64,000 bases of DNA from an uncultured delta proteobacterium (GTDB lineage: Bacteria > Desulfobacterota > Desulfobacteria > Desulfobacterales > SG8-13), in the NCBI GenBank assembly GCA_963792945.1, contig CAWBYM010000001.1:137244-201243 (forward strand), read 5' to 3'. The notes under the pieces were generated by a model that saw only the letters and a program-made list of their open reading frames with translations, searched no databases and had not been told where the DNA came from. The position numbers and the translations under genes are program-made. Below, piece after piece: positions 12,563-22,760 of this stretch. Positions within the stretch are counted from its first letter, which is position 1. Each line of letters starts with the position of its first letter.

Positions 12563-12657
12563 ATGCGGTATCTTCCGCAGCCCCGACCGCGCACCGGCGC
12601 CCGTTCAAATTGATCCCGCCAAACGGTTCGGCTTTCGGGGGACAACACCGAGCCCCC

Positions 12658-12978
12658 TTAAGAGAGCGGGCCGACCTTGAACTTGATGTCTTCGATCGAT
12701 TCATCCTGCAAAGCGGCGTTGACCTTCTTTATGATATCTTCTTTCAGGAACTGGAGTTGGTGCAGCCAGGGAGAGCTGTTGACATGCACCAGAAGGAGTT
12801 TGTCTTTGAACGCCGCCGGCCTGGCGTTTGCGGCAATGACCTCGCCGACCGCCCGCTCCCAAAGTTGAAAAACACGTGCCACCCCTGCGGCGGCTTTCGG
12901 CTTCCGCTCGCTCAGGATCTTCTCGATGACGCTGCCGATGGGAACCGGTGCGGCGATTTTCTCCCTTTTTTCACTCAT
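12658..12978 (-). CDS. DUF721 / DciA family protein
   Basis: WERAVGEVIAANARP...LLVHVNSSPWLHQL...IIKKVN pattern. Confidence 0.85.
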   Translation of the reverse strand: MSEKREKIAAPVPIGSVIEKILSERKPKAAAGVARVFQLWERAVGEVIAANARPAAFKDKLLLVHVNSSPWLHQLQFLKEDIIKKVNAALQDESIEDIKFKVGPLS

Positions 12979-13255
12979 TGGAGCTGTTCACCCGTGTTCC
13001 GCCTGGGCGGTCGTATGGGTTTGAAGGGCCGTGCGGGCGGGCAGATTTTCATGGTCGAAGAATCATCATGGAATCTATGGAGCCGGCCCCTCGAATCGAT
13101 TCATACGGCCACTGTCAAACGCTTGGTCGACAGACGGCCGGAACCTGTTATATCGTTCATTCGTGCCCGACGCAACCCTGATTGGCGGTGGGGGGGCATC
13201 CGGCCGCCGTGCCGCGATAGATCTATTCATCAATCAACGGCGTACCGCTTTTTGC

Positions 13256-13283
13256 TTGACTTAAAGGGATACGGTTTTATACT
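13256..13283 (+). promoter_or_regulatory. Putative sigma70 promoter of hflKC
   Basis: TTGACT-16 nt-TATACT. Confidence 0.6.
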
Positions 13284-13431
13284 AAGGCCTTATCTTGATC
13301 GTACCATACAGAGTGTTTGGCCATGGACCAGCTGACCGGAGAGCCGAATGGCGGATCTAAAGCACGTTATAGAGACAAACGGGATGCGGGAGTTCCGATT
13401 AACTTGCAACATCTGACAACAGGATAACAAT

Positions 13432-14469
13432 ATGAGTTGGGACTGGGATCGTTTGAAAGAGCAGCAGCGTAAAACGGGCGGCGGCGTGCCTCCGAACGTG
13501 GACGAGCTGGTGAAAAAGGTCAAAAGTGTCAAGCTGCCGGGCGGCCCGATCGTCATCCTGATCGCCTTGGTCGTTGTGGCCGTATACTCGTCGGTTTTCA
13601 CCGTCAAACAAGACGAGGTCGGCATTGTTCAACTGTTTGGTCGGTATGTGCGAACCGCCCAGCCGGGATTGAACTTCAAGATGCCTCTCGGGATCGAACG
13701 GGTGACCAAAGTCAACGTCAAAGGTATTCGCACCGAAGAATTCGGTTTCACCTCCGAAAGTTTGTCCAATCGGTCACGGTTCAGCGCCGGCGATACCGAA
13801 AACGTATCGTTGATGCTGACGGGCGACCTCAATGTCGCCGTGGTTCCCTGGATCGTCCAATATCGGGTCAAAGACCCGTTCAACTACCTCTTTAAAGTGC
13901 GCGACGTTCGCCGGCTTCTGGTGGACATGTCGGAAGCGGCGATGCGTCTGGTTGTCGGCGACAGCAGTATCAACGAGGTGATCAATAAACGGGGTGAAAT
14001 TGCCATTGCCGCCAGAGAGATATTGCAGCAAGAGATTGATCTGGCCGAATCCGGATTACACATCGTCACCATCGAAATGAAGAAAACCAACGTTCCGGGG
14101 CCGGTGCAGCCGTCCTTCAACGAGGTCAATCAAGCGACCCAAGAGAAGGAGCAGTTGATCTACCAAGCCCGGGAGGACTACAATAAAGCCATACCGGCGG
14201 CCCGCGGTGAAGCGGAGCGGACCATCCGAACTGCCGAAGGATATGCCGTCGACCGTGTCAACCGCGCCAAGGGCGACGCCTCCCGATTTACCGCCCTTTT
14301 TACCGAATACGTCAAAGCCAAGGATGTGACCAAAAGAAGACTCTACCTCGAGGCATTGAGTGATGTCTGGCCAAAAATCGGGGACAAATTCATCGTCGAT
14401 TCCGATCAGAAGAACCTGCTGCCTCTTCTTAACCTTGGCCAACCGAAACAGGACGGTATCGTAAAATGA
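13432..14469 (+). CDS. hflK: FtsH modulator HflK
   Basis: SPFH domain, MLTGDLN, N-terminal TM, coiled coil, RRLYLE. Confidence 0.93.
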   Translation: MSWDWDRLKEQQRKTGGGVPPNVDELVKKVKSVKLPGGPIVILIALVVVAVYSSVFTVKQDEVGIVQLFGRYVRTAQPGLNFKMPLGIERVTKVNVKGIRTEEFGFTSESLSNRSRFSAGDTENVSLMLTGDLNVAVVPWIVQYRVKDPFNYLFKVRDVRRLLVDMSEAAMRLVVGDSSINEVINKRGEIAIAAREILQQEIDLAESGLHIVTIEMKKTNVPGPVQPSFNEVNQATQEKEQLIYQAREDYNKAIPAARGEAERTIRTAEGYAVDRVNRAKGDASRFTALFTEYVKAKDVTKRRLYLEALSDVWPKIGDKFIVDSDQKNLLPLLNLGQPKQDGIVK

Positions 14470-15410
14470 AAACCAAAGGACCAGTCATAATCGTTATCCT
14501 GCTGGCAGTGGCCGTACTGATCTACCAGTCGGCCTATATCGTCGACGAAACCGAGCAGGTGGTAGTGACCCAGTTCGGCCGAATTGTTGGCAATCCGGTC
14601 ACGTCGCCCGGGTTGAAGTTCAAGCTGCCCTTTATTCAGAATGCTAATTTTTTCCCCAAAAACCTGCTGACCTGGGACGGCGATCCGGGTCAAGTACCAA
14701 CCCTGGATAAAACATTCATCTGGGTCGATACCTTTGCCCGCTGGAAGATCAGCGATCCGGTCAAGTTTTTCCAGACCGTCAACAACCCGTTCAATGCCAT
14801 CGGCCGACTCAATGACATTATCGATCCAGCGGTGAGGGATTACATCACCTCCAACCGGCTCATCGAAGTGGTCCGCAACAGCAACCGGGAGTTGGACACT
14901 TTTGAAATTGGTCGTGAGGATGAAAAAGCCCAGCAGCGACCATCGCTCAGGGTTTACATCGGGCGGCAGCAAATAACGGAAGGCATATTGAAGCAGTCGC
15001 AGCCCAAACTCGAGAAATTCGGGATCGAATTGGTGGATGTCAAAATAAAACGGATCAACTACGTTGAAGAAGTCCGTCAATCAGTTTACAACCGCATGAT
15101 CGCAGAGCGGAGGCAGATTGCAGAAAAATTTCGATCGGAAGGGAAGGGGGAAGCCCAGAAAATATTGGGCGAAAAGGAGCGTCTCCTGAAGGAAATTACT
15201 TCAGAGGCGTATCGTCGGGCCCAGGAAATTAAAGGGCAAGCCGATGCGGAGGCGACAAGTCTATATGCCAGTTCTTTCGGCGTCGACCCGGAGTTTTATT
15301 CTTTCGTGCGAACCCTCGAGATCTATCGCGAGGATCTGGACGACAAAAACACCTTGGTCTTGTCCACTGATTCCGAATTTTTGAAGTACTTTAAGGCACT
15401 GCCTGAATGA
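14466..15410 (+). CDS. hflC: FtsH modulator HflC
   Basis: SPFH domain, RMIAER, FRSEG, DPEFYSFVRTLE; ATGA overlap with hflK. Confidence 0.93.
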   Translation: MKTKGPVIIVILLAVAVLIYQSAYIVDETEQVVVTQFGRIVGNPVTSPGLKFKLPFIQNANFFPKNLLTWDGDPGQVPTLDKTFIWVDTFARWKISDPVKFFQTVNNPFNAIGRLNDIIDPAVRDYITSNRLIEVVRNSNRELDTFEIGREDEKAQQRPSLRVYIGRQQITEGILKQSQPKLEKFGIELVDVKIKRINYVEEVRQSVYNRMIAERRQIAEKFRSEGKGEAQKILGEKERLLKEITSEAYRRAQEIKGQADAEATSLYASSFGVDPEFYSFVRTLEIYREDLDDKNTLVLSTDSEFLKYFKALPE

Positions 15411-15429
15411 TTTAGCGGAAATCGCTGAG

Positions 15430-15471
15430 AAACGCCACCGGACGCCATGTCGAGCGGCCGGTGGCGTTTTT
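15430..15471 (+). terminator. Intrinsic terminator after hflC
   Basis: AAACGCCACCGG...CCGGTGGCGTTTTT. Confidence 0.75.
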
Positions 15472-15731
15472 GTGATCAGAGAGGATAGTGAGCGGTGATG
15501 GGCACATTATTTACCCTTTCTTCTCTGATGGCGTGTCTTGGCCAGCAGCTTGCGATGTTTGTGCTTTCTCATTTTTTTTCTTCGTTTTTTGACGACGCTG
15601 CCCAACAGACCACCCCCTTTCAGCTGATATGAATTCGTATAACAGCCACAACTAACATGCCGTTAAACGACTTGTCTACCATTTTTTTAAGTATGCCGAT
15701 CAGGGTTGGGGACAAAAAAGGTAAAATATGC

Positions 15732-15760
15732 TTGACACCATAAAGAATATTATCTAAAAA
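15732..15760 (+). promoter_or_regulatory. Putative sigma70 promoter of rplM-rpsI
   Basis: TTGACA-17 nt-TAAAAA. Confidence 0.5.
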
Positions 15761-15789
15761 GGGCGATTCTTCAAAACAGGAGAGATGAC

Positions 15790-16224
15790 GTGGATAAGTA
15801 TACCTATAGTGCGAAAAGTTCCGACAACGAAGGCCAATGGTGGGTTGTCGATGCCCAGGATGCCGTGCTCGGGAGGCTGGCTTCACAGGTGGCAGCACGA
15901 CTCAGGGGCAAACACAAACCGCTTTTTACACCCCATGTGGACACCGGCGACTGGGTGATCGTCGTCAATGCCGACAAAATCAAGCTTTCCGGGCGGAAAT
16001 GGGACCAGAAAACCTACTACCGCCACAGCGGTTACATCGGCGGGCTCAAAGCCATTACAGCCAAGAAGCTTCTCGAGAAACGTCCGGAGGATATCGTCCG
16101 CTCTGCTGTCAAAGGGATGCTGCCGAAGAACCGCCTCGGACGACAGTTGTTCAAGAAATTAAAGGTATACACCGGTGCTGATCATCCCCATGAGGCCCAG
16201 CAACCCGATGTATGGACGCTCTAG
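15790..16224 (+). CDS. rplM: 50S ribosomal protein L13
   Basis: [37 protein letters not shown]. Confidence 0.98.
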   Translation: MDKYTYSAKSSDNEGQWWVVDAQDAVLGRLASQVAARLRGKHKPLFTPHVDTGDWVIVVNADKIKLSGRKWDQKTYYRHSGYIGGLKAITAKKLLEKRPEDIVRSAVKGMLPKNRLGRQLFKKLKVYTGADHPHEAQQPDVWTL

Positions 16225-16304
16225 CCTACCGAGCAGGGATACCATTTCCGGCGGTTAACCGGCTCCGGGCAAGATAAACGCACTGATGCAGCAAGAGGAC
16301 ATTC

Positions 16305-16700
16305 ATGGTACAAGAAAACGTATACTACGCAACTGGAAAACGAAAGACAGCCATTGCCCGGACGTGGTTGACGCCCGGCAGCGGTAATGTCATCATCAAT
16401 GAACGGCCGATCGACGACTACTTCAAGATCGAGTCCGCCAAGACCGACTTGCTTCAGCCCTTTGTCATCACGAATACCGCCGGCAAATACGATGTGAGGA
16501 TAAGGGTCCTCGGCGGCGGGGTCAATGGACAATCGGGCGCGATTCGCCATGGTATTACCAAGGCGCTGATCCAGATCAACCAGGAGTTTCGGCAACCATT
16601 GAAACGGGCCGGTTTCGTCAAACGCGACCCGCGGGCCAAGGAGCGGAAGAAGTACGGTCAGCGCGGCGCCAGGGCGCGATTCCAATTTTCCAAACGGTAA
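16305..16700 (+). CDS. rpsI: 30S ribosomal protein S9
   Basis: TGKRKTAIAR, GGGVNGQ, ERKKYG, QFSKR. Confidence 0.98.
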   Translation: MVQENVYYATGKRKTAIARTWLTPGSGNVIINERPIDDYFKIESAKTDLLQPFVITNTAGKYDVRIRVLGGGVNGQSGAIRHGITKALIQINQEFRQPLKRAGFVKRDPRAKERKKYGQRGARARFQFSKR

Positions 16701-16736
16701 AACGGCTGCAGCATACCGCACACCGCCGTTTCGCAT

Positions 16737-16773
16737 ATGGGGGCCGGGATACTTCCCGTCCCCCATTGTTTTT
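16737..16773 (+). terminator. Intrinsic terminator after rpsI
   Basis: ATGGGGG.CGGGA-TACT-TCCCG.CCCCCAT then TGTTTTT. Confidence 0.7.
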
Positions 16774-16817
16774 GATAATGAGACCATTCAGTATGAATAT
16801 CCGAAAGGAATACAAAG

Positions 16818-17600
16818 TTGAAGGCCCATCGAATCGATCTAAACTCGGACGTCGGTGAGAGTTTTGGCAACTATAAACTGGGACTCGACGAAGAGGTCAT
16901 CCCGCTGATCAGCTCTGCCAACATCGCCTGTGGGTTTCATGCCGGCGACCCGACAGTTCTGCGACGGACCGTCGCCTTGGCCCGCGACAACCAGGTGGCG
17001 GTGGGCGCCCATCCCGGACTGCCGGATCTGATGGGTTTTGGCCGACGGGCCATGGATGTCACGCTCTCAGAGATAAAAGACTACGTCACCTACCAGGTCG
17101 GCGCCATTCGAGCTTTTGCGGCGGCAGAGGGGGTGAAGGTTCAGCATGTCAAACCGCACGGGGCCCTCTACAACATGGCGGTTCAAAATCCGGCGATTTG
17201 GGATACCGTCGCCTCCGCCATCGCCGAATTGGATAAGGATCTGGTTCTGTTTGTGCTCGGCGGTGCCAATAAAGGCGATTTGCGCGCCATGGGCGCAAAG
17301 TACGGGGTCCGGGTCGCATTCGAGTTCTTTGCCGACCGGGCCTATAATCCGGACGGCACCCTTGTTTCCCGCAAGCTTCCCGGTGCCGTTATCAAGGACC
17401 ACGACCTGGCGGCCCGCCGCGTTCTAAAAATGGCGACCGAAGGCAAGGTCACGTGCGTCGACGGAACCGAAATCGAACTTCCGGCCGATACCGTTTGCGT
17501 TCATGGCGACAACCCGGCGGCTTTGCAATTGGTCAGAAACATCAGGCAGGCCCTGACGGGTGCAGGGGTCGACATCCGGTCACCACAAACATTCCTTTAA
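16818..17600 (+). CDS. pxpA: 5-oxoprolinase subunit A (LamB/YcsF)
   Basis: DLNSDVGESFG, ANIACGFHAGD, HVKPHGALYN, CVHGD. Confidence 0.92.
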   Translation: MKAHRIDLNSDVGESFGNYKLGLDEEVIPLISSANIACGFHAGDPTVLRRTVALARDNQVAVGAHPGLPDLMGFGRRAMDVTLSEIKDYVTYQVGAIRAFAAAEGVKVQHVKPHGALYNMAVQNPAIWDTVASAIAELDKDLVLFVLGGANKGDLRAMGAKYGVRVAFEFFADRAYNPDGTLVSRKLPGAVIKDHDLAARRVLKMATEGKVTCVDGTEIELPADTVCVHGDNPAALQLVRNIRQALTGAGVDIRSPQTFL

Positions 17601-17612
17601 CCTTCGATACCA

Positions 17613-18296
17613 ATGATTTACGATCATCCGATATTTTCTTCCATGGGCGATCGGTCGTTCCTGGTGGAACTGGGAGACGAGATCAGCCCCGAGTTGAATC
17701 GGCGAATCCGATCGCTGGCCTACGGCTTAAACCGCCGGAGGCTCGGTGGTGTCCTTGAATTGCTGCCCGGATACACATCTTTGCTCGTCGTTTTCGACCC
17801 CTTGGCGCTGTCGCTTTCAGCTCTGCGGACCCTTGTCACGCAATTGGCCCAAAACCCTGACGAGGACCGCATACCGGAGGCCAAAACGATCAACGTACCG
17901 GTGGTATATGGCGGTGAATACGGACCGGACCTCCAATGGGTTGCAGGCTACCACCGGTTGACGCCGAACGAAGTGGTACGTCATCACACCGCCGCTGTTT
18001 ATCAGGTATACATGATCGGATTTACACCCGGATACCCTTATATGGGCGAGGTGGCGCCCGAAATCGTCACCCCGCGAAGGGACACTCCCCGAACGCATGT
18101 TCCCAAAGGGTCGGTGGGGATCGCCCAGAAACAGACCGGCATCTACCCCGTGGAAAGCCCCGGGGGATGGCAGATTATCGGCCGCACGCCTTTGGTGCTG
18201 TTCGACCCGCAGGCCCAGCCGCCGACGCTTCTCGAGGCCGGCGATCGGGTAACCTTCTATTCCATCGAGCCGGAGGAGTTTCACAAGTGGCGGTAA
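17613..18296 (+). CDS. pxpB: 5-oxoprolinase subunit B (KipI/AHS1)
   Basis: PVVYGGEYGPDL, GFTPGYPY, GIYPVESPGGWQIIGRT. Confidence 0.92.
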   Translation: MIYDHPIFSSMGDRSFLVELGDEISPELNRRIRSLAYGLNRRRLGGVLELLPGYTSLLVVFDPLALSLSALRTLVTQLAQNPDEDRIPEAKTINVPVVYGGEYGPDLQWVAGYHRLTPNEVVRHHTAAVYQVYMIGFTPGYPYMGEVAPEIVTPRRDTPRTHVPKGSVGIAQKQTGIYPVESPGGWQIIGRTPLVLFDPQAQPPTLLEAGDRVTFYSIEPEEFHKWR

Positions 18297-19246
18297 TAAA
18301 GGTGTTCGAGGTCGAGGCTCCGGGTTTGTTGACGACGGTTCAGGACCGCGGACGCGCCGGATACGGCCGTTTCGGCGTTGCGCCGAGCGGCGCACTGGAC
18401 AGCGTGGCCATGCGGATCGGAAACCTGCTGGTGGACAACCCGGAATCGGAGGCCGTGCTCGAAATCACCCTTCCGGGATTCAAGGCCGGCATCTTAGCGG
18501 ACGTTGTCGTAGCTCTGACCGGCGCCGATCTCGGATTGCACATCAACGGTCAACCGTCTGGACACTGGTGCTCGCATAAACTCCGGGCGGGAGATTTGCT
18601 GTCGCTCGAGGTACTGAACAGTGGATGCCGTGCTTACCTGGCGGTGGGCGGAGGAGTGCAGGTGCCGGAAGTCCTCGGCAGCCGGTCCACCAACCTCACC
18701 TCTGGATTCGGCGGCCTGGACGGCCGTCCGCTGCAACGCGGAGATATCCTATCGGCGGATTCGCCGGTACAATTTCTCCATGCCGCGGGGCGAAAGTACG
18801 ACCTAAATGCCGTTCCGGCCTATCGCGGAGACTGGATCCTGCGGGTCGTCATGGGCCCCCAGGATTCCCACTTTCCGGAGGAGACCTGCCAGCGTTTTCT
18901 CAGCGCCGTCTATCAGATATCCCCTAAGTCCGATCGTACCGGTATCAGGCTGCAGGGTCCGGGGCTCAAGGTCAAAGAAGGACATGCAGAGTCGATCATA
19001 TCGGAAGGGATCATCGCCGGGGCGATACAGGTCCCGGGCGATGGGCAACCGATCATCGTTCTTGGCGAGACGGTGAGTGGCGGATACCGCAAGATTGCCA
19101 CGGTGATATCGGCGGATCTGCATCTGCTGGCCCAGATTTTGCCGGGTGACCGGGTGCGATTCCAGGCTGTCGACTCCCGAGAAGCACGCCAAGCATTGTG
19201 GCGCCAAGAGGAGACGATCGGACGGTTCCGTGACCGTATGATATAG
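18287..19246 (+). CDS. pxpC: 5-oxoprolinase subunit C (KipA/AHS2)
   Basis: PGLLTTVQDRGR, GCRAYLAVGGG, SDRTGIRL, GAIQVPGDGQPI, GGYRKIATV; GTG start at 18287. Confidence 0.9.
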   Translation: MAVIKVFEVEAPGLLTTVQDRGRAGYGRFGVAPSGALDSVAMRIGNLLVDNPESEAVLEITLPGFKAGILADVVVALTGADLGLHINGQPSGHWCSHKLRAGDLLSLEVLNSGCRAYLAVGGGVQVPEVLGSRSTNLTSGFGGLDGRPLQRGDILSADSPVQFLHAAGRKYDLNAVPAYRGDWILRVVMGPQDSHFPEETCQRFLSAVYQISPKSDRTGIRLQGPGLKVKEGHAESIISEGIIAGAIQVPGDGQPIIVLGETVSGGYRKIATVISADLHLLAQILPGDRVRFQAVDSREARQALWRQEETIGRFRDRMI

Positions 19247-19448
19247 GGCAATGGGTTGACAAGCGGGCCGGAAGGCCGATTGTTTCCAGGCGGAAACCGG
19301 CATATTTGTCGGTCGCTTTCAAACCGGGTGCTTATCTGTGCCCGGTGGCAACCGCAACGATGAGCGCCCTGACGAGCTGTTGACTCTTGAGCACGATAAC
19401 ATCGAGCGCTGCTGCAATCAAATACCCTGAGGGTATCGAAAACCAACC

Positions 19449-19859
19449 ATGTCGAAGAGCTGTGACATCAAACTGCGTGTGCCCTTTCACGACCTGGATC
19501 CCCTCCAGATCGTTTGGCATGGCAACTACATGAAATATTTTGACCAGGCCCGCTTCGGCCTTTTTAAACAGGCCGGTCTGGATCTTTACCGGTACTTCGT
19601 TGACCAGCGGATTGTCTTTCCCGTGACCCGGTTTTCTTCCAAACATATCGTCCCTCTCCGGTACGACGATGAGTTCATTTGCAAAGCAACTGTCGTCGAA
19701 GCCGTTTACAAGATCGGCATCTCATTTGAGATTCGGCTGGCCGACAGCGGGCTGCTCTGCACCCGGGGGGCCAGTGAGCAGGTCGCCGTGACGATGCCGG
19801 AAATGGAGATGCAGTTTGAAATACCGCGCGATATTACTGCGGCGCTGGGCTTCGCCTGA
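19449..19859 (+). CDS. Acyl-CoA/ACP thioesterase (4HBT/YbgC hotdog; ApeK-like)
   Basis: VPFHDLDPLQIVWHGNYMKYF motif. Confidence 0.88.
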   Translation: MSKSCDIKLRVPFHDLDPLQIVWHGNYMKYFDQARFGLFKQAGLDLYRYFVDQRIVFPVTRFSSKHIVPLRYDDEFICKATVVEAVYKIGISFEIRLADSGLLCTRGASEQVAVTMPEMEMQFEIPRDITAALGFA

Positions 19860-21589
19860 TGGATCGTCATCAGCGAGACGCTTTTGTCACCGGGTATGAA
19901 CGGCTTGCGGCATGGGCGGATCTGCTGGACGCCATCAACCTCTTCCCGGTTGCCGACCGGGATACCGGCCGCAACCTGCTGATCAGCCTCGCGCCGCTGC
20001 ACCGGTTGGGCTCCTGCCCGGTCGATACCGCACGCCAACTTCTCGTGGGTGCCACCGGAAATTCTGGCAACATCGCTGCGTGTTTTTTTGCGGGCTTTAT
20101 TCGGGAGAACCCGTTTTCGGACATGGTGCAGGCGGTAAGGATCGGACGTGATGACGCATGGCAGTCGATCGCCGACCCCCAAGCCGGAACCATGCTGGCC
20201 GTATTCGATGAATTGTTGAAGCGTGTGGAAAGCTCCCGGCCGCAACAATGGCTCGAAGATTTTCCGGCCTTTATTGCCCATTTGGAAAGAGCCGTTCAAG
20301 CCACGTCGGAAATTCTGCCACGGCTCAAATCCGCCGGCGTAGTCGATGCCGGCGCTCTGGGAATGTACATATTTCTGGAAGGTTTTTTCGGCCACCTTGC
20401 CGGCAAAACCGACCAGCTTCGATCGATTGCCATAACATTTCAGGGCAAACTCAAGCCCCAGGCCAGTGATGTGGCGACCGAAGAAAAAGGGTATTGCATC
20501 GACACCGTTATCAAGTTGGCGCAAAATTCCGATTCGTCACTCGCGGGGTTGGCGCCATACGGACAAAGCATCGTCGTTCATCGCGACAGCGGGCATATCA
20601 AGGTTCACCTGCACACCGAAGACCGTCAAGCCGTGCGTCAACGCTTGGAGGCTTTCGGCACGGTCGAGCGGTGGGCGGAAGAGGATATGGGAGCCCAAGG
20701 CAGAAAACGGCCGATCCCTAAGACGCAGCCGGCGCTTCACATCGTTACCGATGCCGCCGGGTCCGTTACGCGGGACGATGCCGCGCGATACGGGATGACC
20801 CTGCTTGACAGCTACATCGTTTGCGAGGGGCGATCGTTGCCGGAAACGCTGATGGCGCCGGAAACGCTCTATGGGCTGATGCGGAAGAACATCCGGGTGA
20901 CCACGGCCCAGGCCTCGGTCTTCGAACGGCACCAGCAGTACCAAAGTATTATCAGCCGTTTTGGATCGGCCCTCTATCTATGCGTCGGGTCGTTTTACAC
21001 CGGCAATTATCGGACCGTCGTCGACTGGCGGAAAAAAAACGATAATGCGAGCCGCTTGAGCGTCATCGACACCGGTATGGCATCCGGCCGTCTGGGGATT
21101 GTCGCGCTGGCTACCGCGCGCTTTTCGTGCCGAACCGGCGACCCCCGGGCGGTTGTCGATTATGCCAAGCGTGCCCTTGGATGTAGCGAAGAATTCATTT
21201 TCATCGACCGGCTTCAGTACCTCGCGTCCGGCGGTCGATTATCCAAGACCAAGGGATTTTTCGGAGATTTGCTGGGGGTCAAGCCGGTGGTCACCCCCAC
21301 GGCCCGCGGAGCGGTAAAGGTCGAGGCGGTCAGAAACCGGAACGGTCAACTCACTTTCGCCCTGGACTCGCTGCAACGGGGCCTGGGCGAGGACATCGCA
21401 TCGATTATCATGCTGGAGTATACCGATAATCTCAGGTGGGTGAGAGACACTGTTCTCCGAGAAATCAGCCAGCGCTACCCGAAGGCCGAAATTCTCCTTC
21501 AACCCCTTTCCCTAACCTCAGGAGTCCATATGGGTCCGGGGACCTGGGCTGTGGCATTCCTGCCTTCCGTTTCCCGGCCAGAAAGCTGA
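19859..21589 (+). CDS. DAK2 (FakA-like)-DegV (FakB-like) fusion protein
   Basis: N-term INLFPVADRDTGRNL, GNSG, GVVDAG, KVHLHT; C-term IVTDA, LASGGRL, VHMGPG. Confidence 0.85.
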   Translation: MDRHQRDAFVTGYERLAAWADLLDAINLFPVADRDTGRNLLISLAPLHRLGSCPVDTARQLLVGATGNSGNIAACFFAGFIRENPFSDMVQAVRIGRDDAWQSIADPQAGTMLAVFDELLKRVESSRPQQWLEDFPAFIAHLERAVQATSEILPRLKSAGVVDAGALGMYIFLEGFFGHLAGKTDQLRSIAITFQGKLKPQASDVATEEKGYCIDTVIKLAQNSDSSLAGLAPYGQSIVVHRDSGHIKVHLHTEDRQAVRQRLEAFGTVERWAEEDMGAQGRKRPIPKTQPALHIVTDAAGSVTRDDAARYGMTLLDSYIVCEGRSLPETLMAPETLYGLMRKNIRVTTAQASVFERHQQYQSIISRFGSALYLCVGSFYTGNYRTVVDWRKKNDNASRLSVIDTGMASGRLGIVALATARFSCRTGDPRAVVDYAKRALGCSEEFIFIDRLQYLASGGRLSKTKGFFGDLLGVKPVVTPTARGAVKVEAVRNRNGQLTFALDSLQRGLGEDIASIIMLEYTDNLRWVRDTVLREISQRYPKAEILLQPLSLTSGVHMGPGTWAVAFLPSVSRPES

Positions 21590-21647
21590 ACGGTCGCGCG
21601 AAACGCAGCCGCAATAGGTTTACCCGGGACTTTCAGAGCAGGCATTG

Positions 21648-22391
21648 ATGCCGTATACTGTTGACACATACGCCTGTGGGTCTATCCGAAACAGGTTTGC
21701 CGTCGTCATACCCGTTTACAACCATGGTCGAACGGTGGCCGGCGTGGTTCATAAAACACTCGCCCTGGGCCTGCCGGTAATCGTGGTGGATGATGGATCA
21801 ACCGATTCGACGTTTCGTGAAATCAGCGCCATCGAGGGGGTGCAGATTCTGCGTCATCGTCACAACAGGGGCAAGGGCGCCGCTATTTTAACCGGTTTTT
21901 CTGAGGCCGTAAAACACTCAGGCTGGGCGATCACCCTCGATGCGGACGGACAGCACGATCCGGTCGATGCCCGGCTTCTTATGGGGGCCATATCAGAAAC
22001 CGGGCCGCGGCCGATCGTGATCGGAAACCGTCAAGACATGTCCCGGCCCCACGTGCCCTGGACGAGCCGTTTCGGTCGCGAGTTTTCGAATTTTTGGGTC
22101 CGCGCTTCCGGTGGTCCGAAAGTACACGATTCTCAGAGCGGCTTCCGGGCGTATCCACTGCCCGATTGCTTGAAACTGGACGTTCGGTCCCGGCGGTTCC
22201 AGTTTGAAATCGAGGTTCTGGTCAAGGCGGGGTGGAATCGCATTCCAGTTTCAGAGGTCCCGGTGAGCGTCTCCTACCGGCCCGGTAGTTCCCGAATATC
22301 GCATTTCCGTCCGGTTGTCGATTTTTTACGGAACTTCGGCCTCTTCAGCCGGCTGATCAGTTTTCGGATTTTGACCCTGCGCTTCCTGTAG
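21648..22391 (+). CDS. Glycosyltransferase family 2
   Basis: VIPVYNH, VDDGSTD, NRGKGAA, LDADGQH, DSQSGFRAYP. Confidence 0.9.
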   Translation: MPYTVDTYACGSIRNRFAVVIPVYNHGRTVAGVVHKTLALGLPVIVVDDGSTDSTFREISAIEGVQILRHRHNRGKGAAILTGFSEAVKHSGWAITLDADGQHDPVDARLLMGAISETGPRPIVIGNRQDMSRPHVPWTSRFGREFSNFWVRASGGPKVHDSQSGFRAYPLPDCLKLDVRSRRFQFEIEVLVKAGWNRIPVSEVPVSVSYRPGSSRISHFRPVVDFLRNFGLFSRLISFRILTLRFL

Positions 22392-22760
22392 GACTGAGAG
22401 ACGAGCGTCAAGCCTCCAGGCTTGTTGATGCCGCCGAGATGGTTATATGGAGTCATGCTATGAAAAAGGTCCGCCACGCAACACGAACATCAAAATTCCA
22501 GGCCATTTCAAAATCCAGCTGACCGGTTTTTGCAAAACAATTTTTGCTCAAAAGCGCAAGTAGGGTCAGCGCCAGCAATGTTTGGGCTGCGCTGCCGGCT
22601 CTATTTAGGGTGACCATTCCGATGGATTCGGAAATCTCGTTTGCCGAAATTCCGAGCGAAAGCGGTGCGCGCTTTCCAGGTCGAATGTATACCCCAAACC
22701 TTATTGCCTCTCTTTCGGGGAGACTCCTGATGCCTCCCGCCGCGCGGAAGGAGTAGACCC

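Noticed and set aside
19369-19400. Hammerhead-like CTGACGA core upstream of the cluster
   Set aside because: The required GAAA after stem II is absent.
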